From contig JAHRHZ010000267.1 in the NCBI GenBank assembly GCA_024137785.1, forward strand, positions 14,087,454-14,151,453: 64,000 nt of DNA, written 5' to 3'. Both the position numbers and the translations under genes were made by a program. The number at the start of each line of letters is the position of its first letter. Position 1 is the first letter of the stretch. Source of the stretch: Ginglymostoma cirratum. Taxonomy: Eukaryota. The notes beneath the pieces were generated by a model. The model had not been told where the DNA came from and made no database searches. It saw only the letters and a program-made list of their open reading frames with translations. Shown here piece after piece: positions 52,141 to 64,000 of this stretch.

Positions 52141-54079
52141 TCACAACTCAAGAACAAATGTTTAAAAAAAAGATCTGAAACTTCCCTGAATAACTTGGGA
52201 TCCTTACCGAGGTTTAAGTATCTTTGGTCTAGATTGGAAACCAAACAGTGAAGAAAGGGCGGGAGTGTGAGCCCGACTGATCTGCTGTCTAGAAAAGCAA
52301 ATAAAAGCTTGATGGACAGAATGGCCTTCCTTAGCCTTGTAACCGTTCCATGATTCAATGAAATTGTGATTTTGAGGGCATTTTACCATTAGCTAGAAAT
52401 GTTACTGTCATGCTGCATAACTCATGTGTATTACCACATCTGAGATATTATGTACCATGTACTCAGTGATATGAAGCTAGTACATATATTCTTCTACAAG
52501 GAAATTTCACCCTCTACTAAGTGTTTCTGTATCTCTACCGGGAGTCTTTGTCAGCACTATCATAGAAAAAGTGAGGGGAAAATAGATTCTTCAGCAAGGC
52601 TGCAAACAAGGTGTATTCCATACCTGTGTATTTTGTTGGAAGGTCATTTCAATTTTAAGCGTTTGTGTTGCAATTGGTGATTTTCAGAGTGTGTCTTAAT
52701 CTGGCCACATATTTCCCCACATCATTTCCCACCAGTTACAACTTTCCAGCTAAAATAGTAATCCACCTGACACACTGTGTGAAACTTCTGGGTAGGGGTG
52801 TAATCTCAAGAGATTTAGAAAGTGAAAGAATGTATAGATTTCTGGAATAGGCTGAGATCAGGGATCTGACAGCCAGGTAGATGGTTCATTGCCAGGCAGA
52901 TAGCTCATTGGATTGAGTAGGAAGTGTAATTGCAGAGGTTACGAGTGCACATGCAAAGGTACCTGTGTACATGTCAACTAGATTTTTCTTTTGTCATTTG
53001 AACATCATTTTCGGAAAGTTACATTGTCATCGGGAATCCATTCAAGTCAGTAATTGTCATTCCAGACCTTTGCTTGAGAAATGGAACCACCCATAACAAA
53101 GTGTTACGTATCTGATATCCTACTAGTTACAGAACCAATCTCCATGAAACTGTGCGTGAGAAAGAAGAGGTCAGAATAATTTGTGTATGAGAGGAAAGGG
53201 AATGATAAAGATGCAGAGCAGGATTGTGTAGTCTGGATTCATTTGGGTAATATATTCCCTTCCAGTTATTGATACAATCTATCCATGCCTAATGTGGTAT
53301 TCCATCCACACTAATAGTCTTTTTCATCTTTTATGAATTTGTCAGTCTGCTACATTATTTAAGAAATATTCATGAAAAACGTTCCAGTTCATGAAAATAA
53401 TAAATTATTAGTGATCCAATCTAATGACTCAGAGGGTCAAGAATCTACTGGCCTAAATTAGTTCATTCAGCCCAAACAATCTTTGAGATTGACATTTATG
53501 AGATAAGAGACATCTTTTGAATATCATACTGTCTTTGCCTTTGAAGTTTGTCTGGAAGCCTTACAAATCTCCCTCGATACAAAGAAAAAGCATTTGAAAG
53601 GGTGAGTTGCCCTTTTCTGTTTGTCACACTTCATTGATACAAACTTCCTGATGTTTTCCATTGACTAGTTCAAATATTCGCAACCTTAGGCTAAAGAAAG
53701 CATTAATACACTGTCGCTTTGCATAGCACACATTGTACAAGGATGACGTTTGTTATTCCTGTGGTTTGCCGTAGCATTGCCATCAGCATTGCAAATGGTG
53801 AATGTTAAGGGGCCTGACCTGAATGATGGTAAAGCAAAGATCTGCAATTATTTTTTTAAAAAGTGAAAGTACACTTTTCATATTTTAATGTGTTGTTGCA
53901 TCATAGCCCAAGGCTGTGTTGATATTGCAACAAAAATATTATATTTAAATGTTTTTGTACTGTTGTTTAAAATGGTTGAAAAGCTGTCCTGAGTTATTAC
54001 AGGTCAGCCAGCCTAACGTCAACAAATTGCTGTAGAAAATCCTGAAGAATATAAACCTGCAGTTATGTAGGTGCAGACT

Positions 54080-55065
54080 GATTCAGGACAATATGGATTT
54101 GTCGAGGTAAGGTTGTGCAATGTTTGGAAAGGTTAAAAGGAAGGTCCATGAGGATCCACATTCATAGTAGTCTACACAGATTTCAGGACAGTTTATGACA
54201 AGATGCTACATGGTAGGCTTATCAGACAATTAAAAGATCATGGCATCTCAAAGCAAGTTGCCAAGTTTCATCTAAAATTGGCTCAGTGTCAGAAAACAAA
54301 ACACTGTGTTTGCTGATATTTTTGTGACTCAGTGTCTTTGTAGTTTTGCAGAGCTCCATTTGGATCCCTTGCTGCTCTTGATATAAAAAGAATGATTTAG
54401 ACTTACGCAGTAAGTATGATTTGCAGGAGATGTAAATGTTGTCTATGTGATTGATTGTGATGAAAAATGCTGCAGACTGAAGGATGATACCAAATGCACT
54501 GATCAGATGGACAGAAAAGCGGCAAATGAACTTCGGTCTGGTGAAATGCTACGTAATATATGTCGGGAAGACAAATAAGGCAAAGGAATACACAGCAAAT
54601 GGTAGGACTCTGACAAATACAGAGAAACTGAGGAGCCTTTGAATGTGTATCTACAGATCCCTCCAAGTAACAGAAGTGGTAGATTAGATCAAAAAGGCAT
54701 TCAGAATACTTTCCTTTGTTGTGTAGAGATAGAGTTAAAGAGCAGGAAGGTTAACCTGGACCCATGTAAAACACCAATTATATCACATCTCGAGAGTACT
54801 ACTGCATACTGTTCTGATCACAGTGACAAGACAGATGTGATCACACTGGCGAGCATACAAGGATATTTAAAAATACTTGACTATAAAGAATGATTGGATT
54901 GTGGTTGTTTTCTGTAGTACAGGGGAGACTGAGGAATGATTGAATCATTGGGACTAAAGTTATCTGAACATTAAACTGAACTGGGACTAAAGAGAGGCCA
55001 AAATAGAGTGGTTAGGAAAGACATATATCCTTTAGCAGAGAGGTCAATAACAAGAGGCTTGGATT
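54080..55065 (+). mobile_element. Old decayed CR1 RT
   Basis: gatttcaggacagtttatgacaagatgctacatggtaggc (DF.KAFDKVPHGRL-like) and collinear downstream RT remnants. Confidence 0.65.
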
Positions 55066-55069
55066 TTCT

Positions 55070-55750
55070 TTTAAATCACTTGTGGGATTTGGTTGTCACT
55101 GCCAAGGTCAGCATGTTCCGCCCACCCTTGTTTGCCCTTGCAAAGATGATAGTGAGCTGCCTTCCAGAACCAAGACAGTCCATGTACTGTTAATGCACCT
55201 ACAGTGCTATTAGGAGGGAGTTCCAGTGAGACCGAAGAAATGGTGCTAAAGTTCCTTTGGATGCTGTGTGGCTTGGAGGGCACCTTGCAGCTGTGGTGCT
55301 CCCTTGCACCTGCTGCTCTTGTTCTAGATAACAGAGGGTTGGGTTTGGAAGATGCTGTTGTGGGAACTTCAGTGAGTTGCTGCAGTGCATTTTGCAGTTG
55401 TTACACCGTATTACCGCTGTGTGGGTGGCGGAGAAGATGAAAGTTTGCGGTGGATGATGATGTGCCAGTCAAGTGCCCACTATTAGCTCTGGATGTTGTT
55501 GAACTTCTGGAGTATTGTTGTCAACCGGCAGGTAGAGAGTATTCATCGCACTTGAGATTTGTGCCTTGTAGGTCATTTCTAGGGAGTGAAGAGCTCAGTT
55601 ACTTGCCACAGAATTTTCAGCCTTTGATCTGTTCTGTCTGATACAGTGTTTACATGGCTGGCCCAGTTCAGTTTCTGGTCAATGGTAAACCCCAATTTCA
55701 GCAATGGTAATGCCATTGAATGTCATGGAGAAATGTTTAGATTCTCTCTT
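55070..55750 (-). mobile_element. LINE 3' end (CR1/L2-group)
   Basis: Minus remnants WNSL, HGLSWFWKAAHYHL; tail shared with the SINEs at 25400 and 51680. Confidence 0.65.
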
Positions 55751-55769
55751 GCAGCCATTTTCGTGTCCC

Positions 55770-56022
55770 ATTACCACTCCCTTAATTCTGTACCACGAAA
55801 CCTTCTGTCATAGAAACTCCTGCTCTCCAGCCAATCACATACCTATCCTTTTCCCTTCTTCCCACAGTCCCACCTTCTCTTGTTCAAAACCCGAGACATG
55901 CCAAATTTTCCTCAATTCTGATGAAAGCTCAGACTGAAATAGAGGTGATGCTCAGACCTGCTGAGTATTATCAGCATTTTCTGTTTTATTTCAGGTTTCC
56001 ACCATCTGCAGTATGTTGCTTT
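55770..56022 (+). mobile_element. Penelope 3' terminus, decayed
   Basis: ttCTGATGAaagc..cagacctgctgagtattatcagcattttctgttttatttcagg. Confidence 0.6.
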
Positions 56023-56024
56023 CG

Positions 56025-56432
56025 ACTTGTACAGTGTCTTTGATGACCCAAGGAGTGGTTTTCTGTGATTTCTGTAATTTTGAAGTGTAGTCATTGCTGT
56101 AATGTGGTCTACATGACAAGTGGCACAGGGCAAACTCCCACAGGGAAGAATAGAATAAATGGTTTCAGTGTTTGGTGGGGTATAAATGATGGCCAGGACT
56201 CGAAGGGAAACCTCAAGCCTTTCTTCAAAAATTTCATGGAACCATTTACTGTCACCAGAGAAGGCAAATGGAAATTTAATCTCGTACCTCAACCAGAAGA
56301 AAGTGTTTCAGACAAATCTCTCGCTACTGTTCTGAAGTCCCAGTCTAATGTATGTGCTGAAATCTGCGGAGTGGAATTTGAAGCCAGACCTTTCTGGCTG
56401 TGCGGTGGAAATGCTCCACACTGAGCCAAGGC
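56025..56432 (-). mobile_element. DeuSINE-like SINE with tRNA head
   Basis: Paralogue of 32385. Minus strand begins gccttggctcagtgtgg..ggcttcaaattcc. Confidence 0.6.
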
Positions 56433-56484
56433 TACCATCGCTTTATTCTAAAAATAGGATTATCCCATTGATTACTTCTTAGAA

Positions 56485-56975
56485 TTATAGAGCTTTGCAG
56501 CAAAGGAGGATGCCATGAAGCCCATCTCTTTGAATGAGCTGTATATTTTTGTTCCTTACCCCAGCTTTTCCCCATAGCCCAACAAATTAGTTCTTTTCAA
56601 GTTCATGTCCGTGTGACTTTTGAAAGTTCCCACTGGATTAGCTTCCATCGTTCTTTGAGGTGGTGCATTCTGGATCTTAGTAACTTTCTGCCTGAAGAAG
56701 TCTCTCTAATTCCCTCACCTCTCGTTACCAACCTGTGTGCCAGAGGAAACAGTCACTCCCAACTTGCTCCCTCAAAACCCCTTAAAATTTTGAATATGTC
56801 AATTAGAGCCCTCCTGGTTACACATTTGCCAATCTCTCTTAAGTCCCTCATCACCAGTGTCATCCTGGTAAACCTATTCTTTATCCTTTCCATGCTCTGA
56901 ACATCTTTACTAAATTGTGATGCCTGGAATTATACACAATATTCCGGCTGAGACTTATCCAGAGATCTGTGGAAC
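56485..56975 (-). mobile_element. Old CR1 3' end
   Basis: catcctggtaaacctattc..tgatgcctggaattatacacaatattcc, antisense of the CR1 RT C-terminus. Confidence 0.55.
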
Positions 56976-57112
56976 TAAAGCGAAATATACTGCAAAGCTG
57001 GAAATCTGAAATAAGTACAGAAAATACTGAAAATGCCAAACAGGTCTGGCAACATCGGGGGAGAAAGAATCAGAGTTCATGTCTCATTTCAATGACCTTT
57101 CATCAGAACCAA
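56976..57112 (-). mobile_element. Penelope-terminus element, decayed
   Basis: gctggaaatctgaaataagtacagaaaatactg..caggtctggcaacatc..gacctttcatcagaacc. Confidence 0.65.
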
Positions 57113-58859
57113 GAAAAGTTAAATTTGATTTAGATCATACAGCCTTTCTTCCGCTTATGTCTCGGTCAATCCATATTTCAGTCGTTTCTCTGCAAAGGTC
57201 ATCCCTACACTTCTTTTATTCTGAATGAACCTGGCTTCATGCAATATTAATTCATGCCTGCTTACTTCAGATGTTTAACTAACATTGATTTGCTGGTTTT
57301 GTCTTGAAGTCTATGTCCCTCATCTTCACATTTTATTTATTGCATTGCTTCATCCTGTACAACCCTTGTTGGTTAGAGAAATGCTAAATTCTGGTTAAGA
57401 TCTTGCCCATCTATTCTGTTTTATTTGATTTCCTTCATTTAATCCAGGCACATGAAGCACTGCTTTTGTATCTGGATAATAATTCTTGTGGTACCTAACA
57501 CTGTATCAATGTTTGGTTGCCACAACAGGCATCATGACCAATAAGTCTCCTTGGACACATTCATTCACGTCATTCCTCCTGAAGTGGAGGTGACCCAGTT
57601 GATCACCTCAAACTGAAAGCATTGAAAGAGCTCCTGGGAAGCTGGGCATCTTTCGATAGGTGGTCACGTTACATTGATGAAGAAGCAAAGGGGATCCATT
57701 TTCAGTGAGTTACTGAGCACAAAAGTCCTACACAGAGGAAAAAGAAACTTGGAATTTGCTCATGTGTAAATGAGCATTTCAGCTTTTCCATTGCAGTTGC
57801 AGTCTAGTGCAGCCTTCAGTCACACTGTCAATGGTGCTTGATACGTTGCTGCAGCAGTACAGGTCTCTTCCCTTTTCAAGCACTAAATTTGTTGGCCGTA
57901 GCACATCACTTGAGCACATTCACATTTAAACCTCCCAATCAGTAATTTTGTTATTGTCAAAAAACTGGTGGTAAGCAAATATTTTACCATAACTCCAATG
58001 TTCCTAAGCACTATCAAACAATTATCATAAAGATAAGGTCTCATACTGGCAGCAATTTCTAGATTCGTACATATTCTTCTAAAAGCCAGTCTTACCCGCA
58101 TAAATTTAGAAACACCTTCAAGATGAAAATATGTCTTCTGAAATAATTAATATCTTCTTACCATCTTCCTTGATAGATCCACTGAGTAGCACCTTGCAGA
58201 AAGTTTTATAATGATATATCTTTCAAATGTGCCTCCTCAAACTCTGGCCATCAGCCAACTTTGTCAAACGATTTACAGAAAAGAAGTGACTTGCATCATT
58301 TCATTATGATGAGAACCATTTTATTAAACATTAGGCTCACTAATGTGATTGCTGCAGTGCTCCTGGCACGAGGGCTGTATGTTATTGGCCATGGAGGCCT
58401 GAGGCGGGCTTATGCCCACATGCTCAATTCTCTCCAATTGCAGGCATAAAGCACTTAACACTATGAGCCTTCACACTGAATGTGCGCAAGGCTCATTAAA
58501 CCATGAGCTCTGTTTAAATTAGCAGTCATTAGCATAATACAGCTGGAGCTTCTGAACAGCACTCCAAAAGCTCAGTATCTGTTCACAATGGATGTAATGT
58601 GGACAGTTCTAAAATTTAAATTGTTTTCCTGGTTGTAAAAGGGCCAAATATCATTTATGTCCACTGGTGGCCAGTTTTTGAAAGTGTTTTTTTTTCCTCC
58701 AGATGTATTTGAGAAGTAAAAGTGATGAATTGGGAAGGAAGCAGCCTTTCAGTTCTAGCTGTCTCCTAACATGGTGGTCAACTGATCATATTGGCCTTGG
58801 ATTGAGTGCTTCACAGATTGGCCAGAGTGATACTGGTGTTAATAGGGCTCAGTTATAAG

Positions 58860-59380
58860 GAAAGGTTGCAGGGGGTGGGTGGAGATGTAGAGTTAAGGTC
58901 ACAATCGGATCAGCCATAATCATGTTGAAAGGTGGAGCAGGCTAGAGGGGCCAAATGGCCTACTTAGTTCTAGTTCTTATGTCTGTGGACAAGGCTTGCG
59001 TTCTTTTGTGTATAGTAGATTAATGGGTGATACACTTGAAGTGTTTAAAATCACTAACACATTCGATAGGGTAGCTAGAAATATTTTCATGAGGTGGAGA
59101 AGCCCAGTTCCAGGGGGCAGAACATTAACATTACAGCTAGGCTGTCGAGTGGTAATGTCAGGGAGCATTTGTCTTCATGCAAAAATTTTGTGGCAATTTG
59201 GATTTCTTTCCCCCAAAACACTGCCAAGGATAAGTCAATTGAAAAATTCTAAAATGAGATTCATCAATTATTGCCAGGTAAGATCATCAAGATACATGAA
59301 ACCATGAATTTTAAATGAAGTTAAAATGAGTCAGATGAGCAAGGGGCTGAATAACTTGCTCATATTCCAATGTTACTGTG
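58860..59380 (+). mobile_element. Two adjacent decayed CR1 3' ends
   Basis: ggtggagcaggctagaggggccaaatggcctact tail; RLMGDTLEVFKITNTFDRV remnant. Confidence 0.6.
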
Positions 59381-59915
59381 TACTGGAAAAATAGCAATAA
59401 TATTTAAATTAACTCAACTTGTTTCAGTGGGAACAGAGAATTCTTTTGGACATAGATATGTATCTTGATGATAAGTGATGCATCTGGAATAGTGGTTCCA
59501 ACAGTGCTACGTCGGGACTGTTTTACATCCCCATTTTGAGTTTGTGTGAAAAGTTGCAGGAACCCCAGCCTGTCGATAAAGTCATTTGGGATCAAGAGGC
59601 ATGCTCTATTGATTTGCTGAACCTGCCCATTGTAGCATATAGTGACAATGAAAAGATCATTTTGTGTTGAAACGCTCCCTGTCCTGCAGATCATAGGAGT
59701 TGCAAAAGAAAGGTTCATTATGTACCACTTTGAAGCACTGTAGTTTTAGATAAGCAAAAACTGCCACCGTTTTGAACATGGCAAGACACAATGATGGCAC
59801 TGAAATGAGTGAGCTATGTGTCTGTGAATTCATTTTCAACACTGCTTTCATGAGGAATGGTGGTGATGGAAAATTCTGCCTGCTTTTTCTTTGCATAATG
59901 CCGTGGAATCCCTAA

Positions 59916-60121
59916 ATAAAAACCAAAAGAACTGCAGATGCTGTAAATCAGGAACAAAAACAAAGTTGCTGAAAAAGCTCAGCAGGTCTGACAGCATCTG
60001 TGAAGGAGAAAACAGAGTTAACGTTTTGGGTCCGGTGACCCTTCCCCCGAAACGTTAACTCTGTTTTCTCCTTCACAGATGCTGTCAGACCTGCTGAGCT
60101 TTTTCAGCAACTTTGTTTTAG
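59916..60121. mobile_element. Penelope-terminus hairpin element, family B, perfect arms
   Basis: 70-bp perfect inverted repeat 59957-60026 / 60050-60119. TSD tgccgtggaatccctaa (59899-59915) / tgccatggaatccctaa (60122-60138). Confidence 0.92.
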
Positions 60122-63100
60122 TGCCATGGAATCCCTAATGGTTATTCACACAGGCTGATGGACCCATGGTTTAAGAGCCCTGAGATTTAATGCTCCCTGC
60201 TATACTTGCACAGGTCTAGAAATTGTAAGGCTAGAAATAACTGTAATGATATCACCAGTTGAGTTCTTTTCACATTCTGCTGGCGTTTTTGGAACTGTTA
60301 CCAATAAGCACCTCCAGGATCAGCAAAGGAATATAGTTTAAATGTAAATGCATCTTCAGTTCATCTGCTAATATTGTTGACCATAATATCTACCCTTGCC
60401 TACATTAGCTGTTGGTGTTACACTCTTGAATATAATTATCTTCCAACACTTTGATTAAGTTGGTTGAACTTACTAGCAGATCAAAAGCTTATCAAGTATC
60501 ATCAGATAACGGTTAATGATACCAGACTTTTGCGATAGACCTGTTGATGTTAGAATTAGATTTGGTGCTCTCGTGCTGCATTCAGAAACTACTCTTTTAA
60601 CCTCGATACTTTTGTTCTACAACAAATGGATTTTTTTTCCAATTGTGGCAGAAACAATATTGCAAATATGTCTCAAACTATGTTCTGTGATATTGGGGAT
60701 GAAGAAGCCTGTCAGACTGCACAATTCTACATAAACACAACTACAACAGAGGATATAAATCAAGTAATGTTCTGTTAGTATTCTTATTCTGCAGCCTGAC
60801 AAGAGATGATAAAAAAATGTTAATTGCTCTGTTATTAATCCGTGTGGTACAAATTGTGGTTTGTCCTTTGCCATTCAAATAAACCAATTCCTGGTGGAGA
60901 GATTTAGCCTGGCTCTACCAGTTTAGCATAAGCAATGGAAGCAGGCAAAATTGTACAGGATTTCAATTGTGAAACCAGCAATGAATTCAAAAATAGTGGA
61001 ATCCAGGAAGCAAAAAGTAATACATTATAGCATCCCAACGTGTTTTGAATTTGAAAATTATGTTCATGCAGATTTTGGTTTTGTATGAAGATGTTTTCTG
61101 GTTCTTTGTTTCCACCATCTCTGTGATATTGTTTGGTCAATTGTGGACAATCTACCAGGATGGAACAATCCCTCTGCCACATTTATGAAGTGACATTGGT
61201 ATTGTTCTTCCTTGTTCAATTGACAGCCCATGGTGAGCAGACGGTAAAATTTCTGCACATGGTGACAACTTAATTTCAACTTCAAAATACGGTACGATGC
61301 AATTATCTTTCTCAGATCTCAATATTTGATGGGTTTTGTGGAGGCTTCTTGGCTGAGTACTTTGACTCTCATTTTATTGTCCATATGTGCCATAACACAC
61401 AACTATGGTGTAATTTACAAAAAAAAATTATAGAGGTATTGATCAGAATTTTACCTTGTCCTCCCTTGAAATCAAATGCATTGCTTATACAATTTTAATT
61501 TAAGCTGGCTTCATCTTTGAATAACTAGTGCAATCTAACAATCTCTATTGAGTCAGGACTCTCCAAGGGTTAAAAAAAAGCCTCATATATTTTGGATGTC
61601 ATATATAATTTACAATATTCAATCAAACTTGTGTCAGTTTCCAGCTTCATATTTTTTGAAGTGCAGTTTATGCTCGAGCTGTTATCTGTTACCATGCAGA
61701 TGCTGCAAAAACCACACAGCCCAGAGCAGCAGTATTGAGACACACCAATGTGAGCTCATTTGCAAACATTAGATTAAAAAAGCGAATCTCAGTCAATGAA
61801 GCCAGCAGGAGACATTTTATTTAAGTATTTTGAAAGAAAATTTACATGAAGGGAGAGCAGTTTCCAAGGATATAGTTGTTTTCCCTCCTCATTTGGCACG
61901 CAGGTTTATTATTTGCTTTTTTTCTCTCTTGTATCCTGTTCTTTCCATTGGGTAACTGCTCTTTTTTAACCTTATTAAACTGCAGCTTCACAGTTATGCT
62001 GTGTCTGACAGGACAATTCAATTTAGTGAGATCTGTGCTAATGTTTCTAAACTACTTGTTCAATAAGAAACAACCGCTAGTAACGATTCACAGGACAGAC
62101 AGATCTGCCAATTTTCTCGCAAGCATGCAGACAATTGTAACGAGCAATGTGACCTTTCTGAATGTCACACATCACAAAATCTGGTGACACAAAGCGACAG
62201 GGCGTCAAAATAAAAGAAGGCATGCTTTTTTGATACTGTTATCTGTGCAAACGTGTTGTGATATACATTATATAAAGAAAATTCATTACATTTTGAAGGT
62301 AGAATCAAAGTGAAAGGCCATTGTGTGCATCGAGACCAGTCTGCATCATAGTGTTATATATTGTGACAGGATGATGAATGCCATAAAACACAATGCCATC
62401 CCAAATTCACTGCCGGTTTACTGAGGTACCTAGTGTAAAATACATTAATTAATATTGTTTCAAGTCAAGTCCGACATTTCAAGTTATAGTTGAAAAACAA
62501 TGGGTGGATGCAACCCTGAAGTAGAAACAATAAAGAAAACAACTGAAAATGACAATCAGCTTTTCTGCTTGCTACATCAGACCTGATTCTTGATTTTGTA
62601 ATTGTGAGTGTGTCGGAATCGTTTGGTTGTAATTTTAAACTTCCCTACAGCTAAGCCCCTCTTCTAACATTTCCTGCTACCCCACTGCTGCCCAACACTA
62701 AGCATGCCATAACAGCGGGGTGGACAAGTGTATGAACAGTAACGTATGTTGGGCAGTGGATAAACTGCGAACACTGCAAATCGCAGTCCACAGAGCTTAA
62801 TTTATCAATGGCACGTAGTTGAGACCCAATCTGCACAAAGCTGCAGTAATCGTAGCTAAGCGCCCAAACAAGCAACATATGAGTGCTTGATCCTGTAATT
62901 CACTGGACAAGAATTACATTGACTGTGCTGATCAAAAAATAATTCCCATTCCTCAGAAAAGCAGGCAGGTTTGGTTCAATGAACACAGCGTGAATTCGCC
63001 CATAGACTGAAGCTGAGCAGTTTTGGGAAGTAACTCAGAAGCCAATGCACCAGCAAAAAGGATGGAGTCATTGAACACCATCTCAACAGAATGATAGTGG

Positions 63101-63431
63101 AAGGCAAGAGACCTGTGAAAGGCACAACAGTGAGAAGAAAGCAATTAGAAGATGATTGCCTCCAACTAAGTAAGCGAAGGACCTTAATTAACTCTTGTGC
63201 ATTCCTGTTGATTCTTACGTTTCTCTCAATGCTACTGTCCTAAATCTACTAAATTTGCTCTATCTAGCCTTCAGAGCTTTTCCATCACCATTCAGAACTA
63301 GGTCAGGCTGGTTCCAAAGGTATCTGCTGTCATTTTTGAAAGCATCTCCCCCACCCATCAGCTGTTCCTCCAGCCCAAGACCTTGGTTTTACCTTTCAGC
63401 TGCACTGGCTTCATAATATTCACAGTATGTG

Positions 63432-63537
63432 GACCCAGGGCTTCATTCTATGCTCCTTCATACTGTGTTCAGCTGACACGCTGACCCAGGGCTTCATTCT
63501 ATGCTCCTTCATACTGGGTTCAGCTGGCACGCTGACC
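63432..63537. repeat. 51-bp tandem duplication (2 copies, 2 mismatches)
   Basis: gacccagggcttcattctatgctccttcatactg(t/g)gttcagctg(a/g)cacgct twice, then gacc. Confidence 0.92.
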
Positions 63538-64000
63538 TGAATTTTTAGCAGCTGAGCTAATTTGGCCAAAATTCTGAAGTGTCCCCGAAAGCCATATAAA
63601 TGATGCTCTGCAGATACTGCATTATTTGCCATCATATTCCTTGAGGTCACTGAAGTTTGCACACGCAGTTGATGACATGATTCTTTCTTGTTGTCTGTCT
63701 TCCATTATTCCAGTCAGTTAGACTGTCTGTCTACTTGGTTCTGTTTTTAAATATCCAGAGCAGCTCTATCAATAGATACTCTTCCCATCTCGCGGGATCA
63801 CCTCCAGAGTTCCCCAAGGATCCAACCATGGCCCTTTCTCTTGGCATCAAAGTTTGTAAAATTGGGGTCAACTTTCCCATCTGTATTACTGATTAGTCCT
63901 GCTCCTTTACAAGTGCTCCCAGCTCCTCCAAGTACTCATGGCGATCAAAGTGTTGACTTTGATATCCAGTCTTGGGTGAATCATAACTTCCTCCAGCACA

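Larger units (their letters stand above)
16265..64000 (+). other. PCDH19: PCDH19 intron following the first coding exon (3' end not found in the window)
   Basis: Starts with consensus GTGAGT. GC drops abruptly and the sequence is repeat-rich. The expected next exons (TENYSFDSNY..., CM1/CM2 motifs) were not recognised by eye; a short exon could have been missed. Confidence 0.7.

Noticed and set aside
59916-60121. Hairpins as miRNA genes, terminators or classical MITEs
   Set aside because: Multi-copy, asymmetric arms, long variable TSDs and homology to Penelope termini argue for retroposed repeats.
62600-62880. Acceptor-like ttccctacag followed by CpG-containing sequence as a PCDH19 exon
   Set aside because: No PCDH19-like peptide recognised after the AG and no convincing donor.
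63432-63537. CRISPR-like array
   Set aside because: Only two adjacent copies, no spacers, eukaryotic context.
16265-64000. Downstream PCDH19 exons (TENYSFDSNY.., DSGHEESDQTDSE, CRILGHSDRCWMP)
   Set aside because: Not found by eye or in the ORF track. They are probably beyond the window, though a ~60-bp exon could be missed; tblastn would decide.

Overview
Vertebrate genomic DNA, most likely a shark or other elasmobranch, judged from HE1-like V-SINEs, DeuSINE-like, CR1 and Penelope repeats. The only real protein-coding sequence is the giant first coding exon of protocadherin-19 (PCDH19, + strand, 13796-16264). It lies in a sharp CpG/GC island and is followed by at least 47.7 kb of intron in which I could not find the next exon. 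The rest is AT-rich DNA dense with decayed retroelements. Main points of interest: (1) many short Penelope-terminus elements inserted independently, with target-site duplications, several as long hairpins centred on a minimal hammerhead-ribozyme motif (CUGANGA-N-stemII-GAAAC-GUH), one with 70-bp perfect arms; (2) PCDH19 exon 1 runs without an intron through the site where, from recall, human PCDH19 has introns and a cassette exon; (3) a 5'-inverted CR1 nested in an older CR1; (4) a fossil Harbinger transposase, a tails-out Penelope pair, an internally deleted CR1 and a probable solo LTR. Repeat family names come from motif recognition by eye, not from a database search, and repeat boundaries are approximate.
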